Assembly (NCBI GenBank): GCA_965178125.1
Contig: OZ237757.1
Location: 744,001 to 808,000 of the forward strand
DNA length: 64,000 nucleotides
Reading direction: 5' to 3'
Origin: Bilabrum cf. latius
Lineage: Eukaryota
A program made the position numbers and the translations under genes. Every line of letters begins with the position of its first letter. Position 1 is the first letter of the stretch. The notes below the pieces were generated by a model, which was given only the letters and a program-made list of their open reading frames with translations, had not been told where the DNA came from and did no database searches. Positions 25,901-37,185 of the stretch are shown here, in pieces.

Positions 25901-26039
25901 TAAAAGATTCAGAAGTGACGACGAGCGCAAAGGGTTAAGGGCCGTTGGCACCGTTCTAGGGATTACTTGAGGCAAAGGGCAGCACATATGCGAGCCTCAG
26001 CTTACTTTTAAATACTGGCGGTCTTTGTGACCGCGACAT
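10904..26039 (-). CDS. Giant (~5,000 aa) low-complexity protein with an array of IQ calmodulin-binding motifs
   Basis: Thirteen ORF-track fragments lie in one frame, separated by 16 TAG and no TAA/TGA until TGA 10904. Short exon 1 (26039-26006) and a phase-matched intron 26005-25870 (GTAAGC..GCAG). IQ motifs at about 14200-15080 (IQSAWRGHAIRR, IQRVVRGALARK, VQRAWRGLQGRK, LQSGARGMLARR). Confidence 0.75.
15901..24113. other. Cluster of dispersed 13-bp motif GGTGTGACGAGTG / CACTCGTCACACC
   Basis: Exact copies at 15901(r), 16578, 16700, 17078, 18110, 19733, 20948, 21121(r), 21571(r), 22993(r) and 24101; two more exact copies at 8002 and 27825. Confidence 0.9.
22793..22869. repeat. (CCCCTG)n hexamer repeat encoding poly-(Gly-Gln)
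   Basis: Direct reading; encodes GQGQGQ in the giant minus-strand CDS. Confidence 0.9.
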
Positions 26040-26405
26040 GTCGAACTTTACGTTCTGCTAGCGGGAAGGAAAGGTTTCGGCAACGGATGTTGCATTGCAT
26101 GGAGGTGCAAATTGCGGTGTGGTCGCTGGCGGAGGTCGCAGCAGCTGCTGAGCAGCATCCTAGATCGAGCGATGATATCCATGCACGCGCCGCATTCAAC
26201 TCCATACCCGGAGCATAAGCTGCCTAGTCAACCCTGTTATAGCAGCGGGGAAATTCACCCGGCTGCTGCCCCGGTAACGGCGTGCAGCGTGTGTGGTGTG
26301 TGTGTGCACGGGAGGTCGCAAAGTCCTCGTCACATGCGTCGCACCACCGCCGGCGGCGGTTGGATCAATCCAGATTCAAGCGCCTGGTAAGCCCTAGGCT
26401 AGGTC

Positions 26406-29234
26406 ATGGAGGATGCATCGAAGTTTATGGACGCTTTGCCCTCCCGGCTGACCGAAAAACATGCGGCCAAGCTTGCTCTGCAAGCTAGCGGACAAGCAAA
26501 CAAAATGGCGTCGCACAAGGCGTTTCGCGGCTTGGTCGTCTTGCTTGCAGAGGCAGTAGCAGAACCGCCCAGCCAAAAATCTAGGCTGTATGCGCTTGAA
26601 GCTCTCTCTGAGCTTGCACGCGGTGTCGTGCAGTTTCGGCCAGCCGAGCGCGAGTACGTGCTCATGCAGCTGCTCGAGACAGCAGGGGAGCCTCTCGAGG
26701 AGCTGCTAACTCGAAAGGAGCGGGGCAGGAGCGAATTCGGCGACGCGGCCTTTTCCTCAAGCCTGCATGAAACTGTGCTCGTGCTCCTCGTCCGGCTGCA
26801 AGGCTACAAGCTCCGGGCCTCTGATTTGCTCGAGCTGCTCGCGGGCGACGTCGCCCTCGGAGCGAGGCTCGTTGCCAAGGCCCTTCGGGTGGACGACTAC
26901 GAAGCAGAGGCATCCGCGGCACTGTCTGCTCTTCTTGTGGACCTCACGCGGCCGGACGCATACTTTGGGATGGGCGCGGGTGCGGGCGATGGCTCCTCCT
27001 CTGCATCGATAGAGCACGCCGACGGGAGCACCTCCCTGGGCGCGTTCACTGCCAGAGTGGACGCGGTGGGGCAGTATGTCCTCTCGCAGCCGGGGACGGA
27101 GGCGCTCGGCGTGGTGTGCGAGGGCCTGGGGCACAGGGCCGTGCGCGCATCGAGGTCGCTCCAGAGGGCAGTCAGGGCGGCCAGCGGAACCGGGGGCAGC
27201 GCCGCGCAGCGGGCCCTGGATGGGCTGCAGGAGGCGTGCGCTGACGTGGCTCTGGCGCACACCTCCTGCGGCGCCGCGGCGAGGCTTGTGCGGAACCTGT
27301 GGGAGTTCTCCAGCGTGGGGGTGGGCGGCCGGGTGCCTGCTCACATGGCACTGGGCTGCGGCCAGTACGTCGATCTCATGGCGGCACAGGCGCGGCGGGC
27401 CTGCTTGGAGGCTGCGGTGCTGCGGCGCCTGGCCGTGGGAGAGCTGGGTCAGGTGGGTCTCCCCGGGAAACGGCGGAGAGTGGCGGTCCGTGCGGCGTGG
27501 GCGGCGGCCCGCTGCGCGAGGTCGTGCCTGGAGTGCCTCGCAGTAGTGGGGTTCAGGGGAGGAAAGGGTGTGTGGGGGCGGGTGCTGGGGGCTCTGATGG
27601 CGGGGGGCAGGGCGGAGTAGGAGGAGGAGGTGGCCAGAGTGGCTGCACGGGCGGCGGGTGCAGCGCACGGCGGTGCGGCAGCGCTTGGCAGCCCCAGGCA
27701 GCGGGGGGGCCTGTGGTGGCTGTCTGGCCTGGCGGAGCCCGGCGGCGCCGCGGTGCTACCCGCTTTGGTTCCGCTGCTGGCGGTGCTGGTGAACTGCGAA
27801 GCCCTCGCACCGGCGGGGTGGGCCGGTGTGACGAGTGCGGGCGGCGCCTCGTCGCAGTCGCAGAGGCTGGGCGGGGCGGGTGCCAGCAGCGGGGTCCAGG
27901 AGCCCATGCCCCTCGGGAGGGGGGCGGCGTCGGGGTCCGGAGCCGGAATGCACGCCTGGGCGGAGTCGCTGGTCGCCGCCGCCGTTGGGCCCGGGGGCGA
28001 CCTGTCGGACGGTTCCGCAGCCGCTGTGCGCGGCGCCCTGGGTGGCGGTGCCGCGCGGTGCGGGGATGGGGTGTGCGTGTGGGGGGCGGCTGGTTCCGCA
28101 AAAGCCGCCTGGGACACCGTGGTGCGCGGCGCCGCCGGTTCCGCGGGGATCTAGCTGTCGATTGGGTGGCTGCCGCTTGCACGAGACGGCCCCTCCTACG
28201 GCCGTCTGATGGAGCTGCTTGGGCGCGAAGAGGGGAAGGAGGACGAGGGAGAGGGAGAAGCTGTAGTGCCCGGAGCAGAAAGTGCTGCGGCTCCAGACGC
28301 AAGCGGCGCGGGCAAGCAAGGAAACACTGAATCCGCAGCAGCAGACGCAGACCCATCCTCGCATCCTGCAGCCGCACGCTCGCCAGCACCAGCACCGGCA
28401 CCAGCAGCGCCTAAGGCCGAGCCGAAGGCAGCTGCGACCGCAAGCAGCGCATCTACCGGGCTGTTAGGCCCCCTCCCCTCCCTAACCCCCGTTCACAATC
28501 CTGACTCCGCTGCTGCACTGGAGGAAGCGGCCAGGGCTGCAGAGGGCGCTCTGGAAGCCCCCGAGGCCAGGAGACGCAGGGAACAAGCGCTCGCTGCGGC
28601 CCGTCGCGCGGCGCCCAAGGCCGGTTCCGTAGGTCTTGGGGTGCCCCCGAAGCTCCTGTGCGGGCTAGGGGGTCACGTGGTGCGCGATCCCGTGAGGACG
28701 CATGCAGGGGGGCCGGTGTACGAGCGGTCCTCGCTGGAGCGGTGGGTGGCCAAAATGGGGCGCGTGGATCCGGTGACTGGGACTGATTTCAGCGAGGGGG
28801 GTGTCCTTGAGGCCGGTGATGTGCGTGAGGAGGCAAGGGCCTGGAGGGTAGGGGCGCAGAGGGACGGTGGAGCGGGCGAGGGGAAGGGGAAGGGGAAGGG
28901 GAAGGGGAAGGGGCACAAAGGGGGGTCTAAAGGGGGCAAGGGAGATGCGGGGGTAGGAACAGGAGCAGGTAGCAGCAGCAGGCCAGCAGGAGAATCGCAC
29001 ATTGCTGAAACTGCAAGTGAGGTGGGTCTGTCTGGGGGCATGGCTCCTGCCGTGGGGGGCGCGGGCAGCTCGGATGGGAATCTCATGGGACTGTTCGAGG
29101 AGGAGGACGAGGTGGGAGGGGAGGGCATGGGGTCGGGCGGGGGCATGATGGGGGCTGCTGGTGCCGGGGCAGATAGCGTGTCTGCGCTGTTAGGCCGTGG
29201 GGATTTCCTGGGAGATGACCTGTACGAATTTTGA
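26406..29234 (+). CDS. U-box domain protein (putative E3 ubiquitin ligase)
   Basis: ORFs 26406..27620, 27630..28154 and 28209..29234 share a frame, joined by TAG at 27618 and 28152, ending in TGA. U-box motif VPPKLLCGLGGHVVRDPVRT..VYERSSLERWV..DPVTG. Confidence 0.8.
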
Positions 29235-29462
29235 CATGCGGAATGGCGATCCTAGGATCAGATGGTGGTGCTTGGATTCAGAGACAATTACGCTTGCGCA
29301 GATCCAGGATCGAAACAATTAACTTCAACACTTTATGCTCGATGAATAACAGCGATACCTGACGCTGACTGATTCGCAACAGGCCAGTTGTCGAATGATC
29401 CCGTTGGATCGCTACAAACGAATCCAGGTTTTCAATCCGTGATGGCGAGCTGTTGCTTCCAA

Positions 29463-30145
29463 TCAGTCCCTATCCTCAAATGCCTTCACAATGGTCGAGT
29501 GGTCGCACAGCCCCTTCATGAATCTGCAAGAGGTGAGAAGAGCAATGGGTGGTGGCAAATTGCTGACCGTCTGATTTACAGTGGCTCGTTCACAAGCAAC
29601 GACACGCGCGCGATACCCGAGTAGGGCCGTGCAAATATATGCAAATACACTGCTGCTCACCTGTTGCACTTATCGGCGATCGCGCGAACTACGGTATTGC
29701 GACTGCCGGTAGTGATCCCCACGCCTGTCAGCCATTTGCCGAATGCCTCCTGCAATAATCAAAAGCAGGGACCGCGGACAGCTACCATGCTCAAATCATG
29801 AGCCGGCATTGGGTCGCTATAGGTGAACTGGCATGGGAATCTCCCCAAGCTCAAGGCGATCTTGCGAAAGTTCGCAAGATCCAATTTAAGGATCGGTCGG
29901 CACTACCAACATATGGCTTTGCTCACACAGTGGTCCAGTGAAGACGCGCTCTTCTCATGCAAGCTCAAGAACTAGCCGATCACCGCAACGGTACTGGTGC
30001 AACCAGCATCCTGCAGTGCCTTGACGTACGCAGGACCGATGCCCGGGATCGTGAGGAGGTCCTCGTCGATATCATCCGATACGAACTTGTCAATGCTGCC
30101 CTTGGCTGTCTCGCTCTTGAGTGGGTCATAGTGTACTCCTGCCAT
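29463..30145 (-). CDS. Barrier-to-autointegration factor (BAF)-like protein, copy A
   Basis: Exons 30145-29927, 29749-29661 and 29523-29463 (GT..CAG introns, phases match), 122 aa, TGA end. KFVSDDIDEDLLTIPGIGPAYVKALQDAG..AVIG*FLSL..EAFGKWL resembles the BAF helix-hairpin-helix fold (LAGIGEVLGKKL..VVLGQFLVL..FREWL). In-frame TAG at 29972. Confidence 0.75.
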
Positions 30146-30388
30146 GTCGTTCTTCTGTGCCTTTTGATTTGCTGAAATTGTGAGCATGTAGTCGGCGTAT
30201 TGCCACCTGCGTGCAAATCCGGAACACAGGAACCGGAACCGGAAGCAGGCGTCCGGAACACTCCGGGACAACTCCTTGATACACGTTCTACTATACCTCG
30301 ATTGAATTACCGCTACCCTAATGACCCCGACTGCTGGTAACGGAGCCATAATCTGATAGGGCTACTGGACCACGTGGCTGGTCTCGGT

Positions 30389-30700
30389 GCGTGAATCCTG
30401 TGACTGGGACAGATTTCAGCGAGGGGGGTGTGCTTGAGGCCGTGGATGCCAGCAGGAGAATCGCGCATTGCTGAAACTGCAAGCGAGGTGGGTCTGTCTG
30501 GGGGCATGGCTCCTGCCGTGGGGGGCGCGGGCAGCTCGGATGGGAATCTCATGGGACTGTTCGAGGAGGAGGACGAGATGGGAGGGGAGGGCATGGGGTC
30601 GGGCGGGGGCATGATGGGGGCTGCTGGTGCCGGGGCAGATAGCGTGTCTTCGCTGTTAGGCCGCGGGGATTTCCTGGGAGATGACCTGTACGAATTTTGA
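30389..30700 (+). pseudogene. Duplicated, internally deleted 3' fragment of the U-box gene
   Basis: Matches about 28762-28815 fused to 28983-29234. Confidence 0.8.
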
Positions 30701-30928
30701 CATGCGGAATGGCGATCCTAGGATCAGATGGTGGTGCTTGGATTCAGAGACAATTACGCTTGCGCAGATCCAGGATCGAAACAATTAACTTCAACACTTT
30801 ATGCTCGATGAATAACAGCGATGCCTGACGCTGACTGATTCGCAACAGGCCCGTTGTCGAATGATCCCGTTGGATCGCTACAAACGAATCCAGGTTTTCA
30901 ATCCGTGATGGCGAGCTGTTGCTTCCAA

Positions 30929-31611
30929 TCAGTCCCTATCCTCAAATGCCTTCACAATGGTCGAGTGGTCGCACAGCCCCTTCATGAATCTGCAAGAGGT
31001 GAGAAGAGCAATGGGTGGTGGCAAATTGCTGACCGTCTGATTTACAGTGGCTCGTTCACAGGCAACGACGCGCGCGCGATACCCGAGTAGGGCCGTGCAA
31101 ATATATGCAAACACACTGCTGCTCACCTGTTGCACTTATCGGCGATCGCGCGAACTACGGTATTGCGACTGCCGGTAGTGATCCCCACGCCTGTCAGCCA
31201 TTTGCCGAATGCCTCCTGCAATAATCAAAAGCAGGGACCGCGGACAGCTACCATGCTCAAATCATGAGCCGGCATTGGGTCGCTATAGGTGAACTGGCAT
31301 GGGAATCTCCCCAAGCTCAAGGCGATCTTGCGAAAGTTCGCAAGATCCAATTTAAGGATCGGTCGGCACTTCCAACATATGGCTTTGCTCACACAGTGGT
31401 CCAGTGAAGACGCGCTCTTCTCATGCAAGCTCAAGAACTAGCCGATCACCGCAACGGTACTGGTGCAACCAGCATCCTGCAGTGCCTTGACGTACGCAGG
31501 ACCGATGCCCGGGATCGTGAGGAGGTCCTCGTCGATATCATCCGATACGAACTTGTCAATGCTGCCCTTGGCTGTCTCGCTCTTGAGTGGGTCATAGTGT
31601 ACTCCTGCCAT
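30929..31611 (-). CDS. BAF-like protein, copy B (near-identical to copy A)
   Basis: Same three-exon structure offset by 1,466 bp; in-frame TAG at 31438; TGA end. Confidence 0.75.
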
Positions 31612-31854
31612 GTCGTTCTTCTGTGCCTTTTGATTTGCTGAAATTGTGAGCATGTAGTCGGCGTATTGCCACCTGCGTGCAAATCCGGAACACAGGAACC
31701 GGAACCGGAAGCAGGCGTCCGGAACACTCCGGGACAACTCCTTGATACACGTTCTACTATACCTCGATTGAATTACCGCTACCCTAATGACCCCGACTGC
31801 TGGTAACGGAGCCATAATCTGATAGGGCTACTGGACCACGTGGCTGGTCTCGGT

Positions 31855-32164
31855 GCGTGAATCCTGTGACTGGGACAGATTTCAGCGAGGGGGGTGTGCT
31901 TGAGGCCGTGGATGCCAGCCGGAGAATCGCCCATTGCTGAAACTGCATGCGAGGTGGGTCTGTCTGGGGGCATGGCTCCTGCCGTGGGGGGCGCGGGCAG
32001 CTCGGATGGGAATCTCATGGGACTGTTCGAGGAGGAGGAGGATGAGATGGGAGGGGAGGGCATGGGGTCGGGCGGGGGCATGATGGGGGCTGCTGGTGCC
32101 GGGGCAGATAGCGTGTCTGCGCTGTTAGGCCGCGGGGATTTCCTGGGAGATGACCTGTACGAAT
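31855..32164 (+). pseudogene. Second duplicated 3' fragment of the U-box gene
   Basis: Same fragment as 30389-30700, truncated just before the stop. Confidence 0.75.
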
Positions 32165-32303
32165 CCGGATATTCAGTGCGGTGGGGGGGGGGGGGGGGGT
32201 GTTGGAAACGCAATTCTACAACTGGTGGCGAGACCGGTATCAATATAGGCCTAAGATATACATGATCCGGACAAACACTGGCTTGCATCAAGGTTCTTTA
32301 AAA

Positions 32304-32973
32304 TTAGCCTCTTGCCTCAAATTCTGTCAAAACGGCCGAATGGGCGCACAAACCCATCATGAACCTGCGCCGTCGAGCTAGACTTGGAGGGGTGGAAAGT
32401 CGCTCTGCACTTCAGTGGACAAAGTAGGGCTACGCCCACCCACCTACCTGTATCAGATGGGGCTTATGCAACTGCAATCCATCGTCTGCTAGACTACTCA
32501 CCTGTTGCACTTTGAGGAAATAGCGCGGACGATGACGCTCCGTCCAGCGTTGACCCCAATCTCTGTGAGCCAGGCTGCAAATGCCTCCTGCGTCGATGCG
32601 GATGGAGAACGTCCGGACAATGTAAACGATTCTGCCGCATGGTACATGCATTCATAGTACAATCTGAGCGAACACAAGCAAGGCAGGGTAAAGCCCTCGT
32701 ATCGGGCCTAGTCCTGCATTGATTGCCGAGGTGCATGCCAACTAGCGTTTTACTCACACAGTGCTCAAGGGGAGACATGCCGCTTTTGTGCACGCTCAGA
32801 AACTTGCCGATCACTGCTACGGTGCTGTTGCATTCCGCAGCCCCGAGAGAAACTACCGCTGCGTCGTTCACGCCTGGGATCGTGCTCAGGTCCTCGGCTA
32901 CATCGTTCGAAACGAAATCAGCAATGGCCTCTTCGGACGCAGGGCTGGTGGGATCATAGTGTACAGCTGCCAT
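32304..32973 (-). CDS. BAF-like protein, copy C
   Basis: Exons 32973-32758, 32587-32502 and 32364-32304; same intron positions as copies A/B; ends in TAA. Confidence 0.75.
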
Positions 32974-33589
32974 ATTGTAGCGCCTTTCTGGCGCGGTGCT
33001 GAAAGAGTACAAGCTTGCAAGAGTCGCGTAACTTTGGGGGATCCGGACTCCGGATCGATACATTCGGTTCGGGTTCGGTGTACCGAAAAACTTCACGGCA
33101 GGGATTATGTGGGTCGCGGGCACAACCCGCACTACGTTGTGCGAATGTATGTGGGCTCTCACCAGCTCCTGGCAGCAGATAGGATAGAATTGGAGGCTTG
33201 TGCCCGTGGGCGGGCGTGTCCCCGAGGCTGGCTAGTTGCGAGTGTCTAAGACATGACCAATGCGAATTCTGACGACACCAGGCCAACATGTATCAGCCTC
33301 AGTAACGATCATGCATCAAGGACGTGTGCCTGGAGCATGGATGGATCTAGGCGCCGGTCACCTCAACACATACGGGACAGCCCTGCGCAGGTGCCCGGGA
33401 TGGGAGGGGCCGATGCCCTTAGCATGAGTTTCTAACAAATTATTTGTATAGCTGTGGTAGAAATTGAAGTGGCGTTGGAATAAAGGCCTGAAGGTTTTCT
33501 CTAAGTAGCGATCAAAGCAGATGCGGACGCTGCGCCCGGGGCGCACCCGCAACTTGCCCGTCCTGGGGACAACCTGGGCGCGAATCAGC

Positions 33590-34273
33590 TCAGTCTCTGT
33601 CCTCGTACTCCGAAAGGATGCTGCTGTGGTCGCACAGACCCTTCATAAACCTGCGAAGGGCCAGGAAGGTACTGGGTGGTGAATGGTCCGATGCGCAAGA
33701 ACGGGGCCTGAATCGGCAAATACATGAACTAGGAGCGCACAACCATCGACAGCGTGGATAATAAACTGACCTGTTGCACTTCTCGGCAATAGCGCGCGTA
33801 ACTGTGTTGCGAGTGCGGTGAATCTCGAGCTCGGTGAGCCATGCTCCGAAGGCGTCCTGCGTTCGGGGATATTATAGACACGATTTGAAAGCGGCCTAAA
33901 TCGACAGTCGAACATATAATTTACACAAAAAGCTTATGATGGGGCGAAAAACACGAATGAATGAACACGGAGGGCCAAGAACAGTCCGATACTACGCAGG
34001 CCTATTTGGGATGCAGCTCATTAGCAATCATTTAGCCCTTGTTCTCACGCAGTGGTCCAAGGCAGACATCCCCTTTGTGTGCAAACTGAGAAATTTCCCG
34101 ATCAGCGCGACCGTGCTCGTGATTCCAACCTTCTCGAGGTTTGCAACAGCGGCTGGGCCGATGCCTGGCACCGAGGTCAGATCCTCGTCCACATCATCCG
34201 AAACGAACTTTCCAATCGCCTCAACATGTGTCTTTTCGCTCTTTACGGGGTCATACTTTCCAGCGGCGGCCAT
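33590..34273 (-). CDS. BAF-like protein, copy D
   Basis: Exons 34273-34049, 33856-33771 and 33650-33590; LTSVPGIGPAAVANLEKVGITSTVALIGKFLSL; ends in TGA. Confidence 0.75.
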
Positions 34274-34475
34274 ATTTACTCTGAAATGTGCTATTTGTGA
34301 GGGTTGTGGACCAACGGCTGCCAGCTGTGATCAGCGAACCTGCTGTGAACCTTCATCAGCGCAACCATCACTTGGCCATCCGGTGCTCGATTCAAGCCAC
34401 ATCTATGGAAGGGAAAAGATGCTGGGCGCTGCAACGCCTGCTTCGATGCTCCGGTCAAGCTGAATTGCAGCCAGC

Positions 34476-35748
34476 TCAAGCTGTGGCCCCGCCAGCAGCC
34501 CCCAGCTTCACCTTGATCCCTCCGCTCTTGCCCCTGCCCCTGCCCCTGCCCTTGCCCCTGCCCCTGCCCCTGCCCCTGCCCTTGCCTCGGCCTCCTGCAG
34601 CCGCCCCGCCCATTGACGCTCCCGCTCGAGAGCCAATTGTAACTCCTGCTCCTGCTCCTGCTGCCGTGGCATCAGCACCGCCTGCTGCCGGGCCTGCCGC
34701 GGCTCCACTAGCACCATCGTGCGATGCACCCACAGCTACCCATGACTCTGCTTCGGCCCAGGCCACCTGCACCGCCTCGATCGCGGAACGCGCGGCGTCA
34801 CTGGTGGTTCCGTCACCAGCCAGAGCCGCTGCCTCTGCCGCTGCGCTTCGGCTCGATAAAGACGACGCGGATGCTGGCGCAGCACTCGTCATACCACTAC
34901 CGGCACCGCCACTGCTAGAAGCAGCAGCACCGGCCCACACCAGCGCCTGCGCGGCAAGTAAGGCGGCGCGGCCCACCCCACTCCCAGCCCCAGCCCCAGC
35001 CCCAGCCCCAGTCCCAGCACCTTCATGCGCTGCACCCGCCGCCGTGACGACTTCTCGCAGCACCCAGTGGTGCGGAGTGTCGCCCGCGTTGGTCCTAGGA
35101 GACGGGCTGGCCCCAGTTCCGGCGCCGCGCTCGGTTCCGCTGGCGGCCGGTTCCGTGGCCTCCCAGGCCGGGAGCAGCTGCTTGGGCATCGCCTCTTTGC
35201 TCGCTCCCGGCCGCAGCAGCCGGAGGAGGGCGCCGACGAACATGAGTCCATCGCGGTCTGACTTGCTGCTTGCGGCCCTCTGGGCAAGCCAGTGCGCTGC
35301 TGCTCGCCCCGTCGCGTCCACAGAGTTGCGGACGTCATCGCTTGCGGCGTGAGCGAGCCGGGCTGCCAGCATGGGATGTCCTGCGCCGACGTTGGGAATG
35401 ATGCAGACTAAATAGTACAATCGAGTGATATATACCCCCAAATAACTTAGAGCCGGCCGCTTCGCATGGAAAGCCACAGATCTCACCGAACATCGCTGCG
35501 GCGACTACAGGCGTCCTGCCGTGTGCATCGGACTCTGATAGACTCGCACCATGGTGCAGCAACAGTGAAGCTATCTGAAGTTGCTTTGCACTTCCAGCCT
35601 CCTCGATAGATGCATGAGATAGCCAGTGCAACGATGTCTCGCCATTCTTGGCATCTCGAGACCGAGCTGCCGCCCCATCTGAGGTGGCAATGGCCCTAGC
35701 CCTCTCCACGTCTAAAGCGCGGATGGCAAGCCTGAGAGTAGATTCCAT
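34476..35748 (-). CDS. Ankyrin-repeat protein with Ala/Gly-rich C-terminus
   Basis: NGETSLHW..IASLLLHHGASLSESDAHGRTPVVAA. A phase-1 intron 35486-35381 (GTGAGA..GCAG) joins the two ORFs; TGA end. Confidence 0.75.
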
Positions 35749-35880
35749 GATTTATGCGGTGTGGTGGGCGCTATCCTCAATGCAAAGGTAAAAAATGAAT
35801 TGAAAAGCTGCATCGGTTCGCAGCGAACATTCGCTCAAGTTGAAACGAAACTCGAGCAGCTTGAAAAATTAAGGCTAGCC

Positions 35881-36552
35881 ATGGGCGGCGATTCGCTGCC
35901 CTGGCCCCTATTCCCCGTTATTGCAGCCTTAATTATTGCCTGCAATGCCGACGCGGAAAGGGGCGATGTAGAACCGCAGGCACCGCCACAGAGCGTGGCA
36001 GTACGGAGTGCTAGCATCGGTTTGACAACGTCCACAGCGAAATAGCATGATGTTCCTCTGCCGAGATGGTACTATGTGACCACAGTAAGACCCAAAATGG
36101 AGTTGTAGGGTGGAAAACCCGCCGACAACACGAATCATGGGCGCAATGTCACTGCTCCACCCCGGCGAGGCGTTGGACTGTCGTTGCCTACTACAGTTCC
36201 AGGACGACAATTCGCTCATCGTTATGAGTAGGGAGTGATCAGGATAAAACCCAAAATGGAGTTGTACGGGGGAAAACCCGCCGACAACATGAACCAAGGG
36301 CTCACTGTCACTGCTTCACCCAAGCGAGGAGTTCGAACGTCGTTTCCTGCTACAGGTGTAGGACGACAATTTGCTCATCGCTATGAGTAGGGAGTGATCA
36401 GAATAAAACCCAAAATGGAGTTGTATGGGGGGAAACCCGCCGACAACATGAACCAAGGGCTCACTGTCACTGCTCCACCCACGCGACGAGTCAGGATGTT
36501 ACAGCCGTTTAGAGGAGCAGCCCCAGGGTCCGGGGCGCTCTTCAGCAATTGA
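35881..36552 (+). CDS. Hypothetical secreted protein with 53-aa repeats (visible only if TAG is sense)
   Basis: Signal-peptide-like start MGGDSLPWPLFPVIAALIIACNADA. TAG at 36043, 36106, 36229 and 36388; TGA at 36550. Repeat copies differ by many synonymous third-position changes in this frame. Confidence 0.55.
36091..36480. repeat. 159-bp imperfect tandem repeat, about 2.5 copies
   Basis: CCCAAAATGGAGTTGTA recurs at 36091, 36250 and 36409. Confidence 0.9.
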
Positions 36553-37185
36553 TCTTCGCCAGCATATCGCAGCGAGAGGTCAGCATCGCTGGGAACACCA
36601 CAGGTGACTACCAGTGTTGCTACTGCAGCTCTGGTCGCTCTGACAAGAGTGACGGGTGCTGCACCACATCAACGTGGAGGTTGCTAATGACACCTTGGGT
36701 GAATGAAGCAATCGGAATTTAATTCGGTGGAGTCAGGTCCGATTTTGGTCTGGCTGCACTGGTTGGATCCTTCAAGGCATGAGTTGCCTGGAGGATCAAC
36801 GGTGCCACAGCGGCTGCTGTGGTTGGATGCGAGGGCTTGTCCCGCAACAACCCGTCTGTTTTGGTCATCGCTACGCCTGTGTTAGGTGTTCTACCGCACG
36901 GGTACGGCGTTGATCTGGATTTTCGAGTTGTGTGCTCTTTCACTGTCGTGGATTGCATCTTAAACCAATTTTCCTATCCTATCCTATCCTATCCTATTGA
37001 AGGTCACCGGCACGTGTCAAACGAAGCGATCGTTTCATCACAAAACCTGGGAAACGCGCAAATCCACCTCTGCTTGCCGGTCCGAAGGCTTTTAGGGAAT
37101 ACGATAGCCGCGTCTGCACCCGCCCACTGCCCAGTACACAGCTGCGAGCCTCGATCTCTGCCAGTGCGCACCAGGACGATCGCGC

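Larger units (their letters stand above)
28983..32164. repeat. 1,466-bp tandem duplication (about 2.2 copies) carrying the U-box gene 3' end plus a BAF-like gene
   Basis: 28983-30448 and 30449-31914 are nearly identical; a partial third copy ends at about 32164, shortly before a G17 run. Confidence 0.95.

Noticed and set aside
32183-32199. G17 run as a functional element
   Set aside because: Isolated homopolymer at a duplication junction; its length is unreliable and nothing else supports a function.
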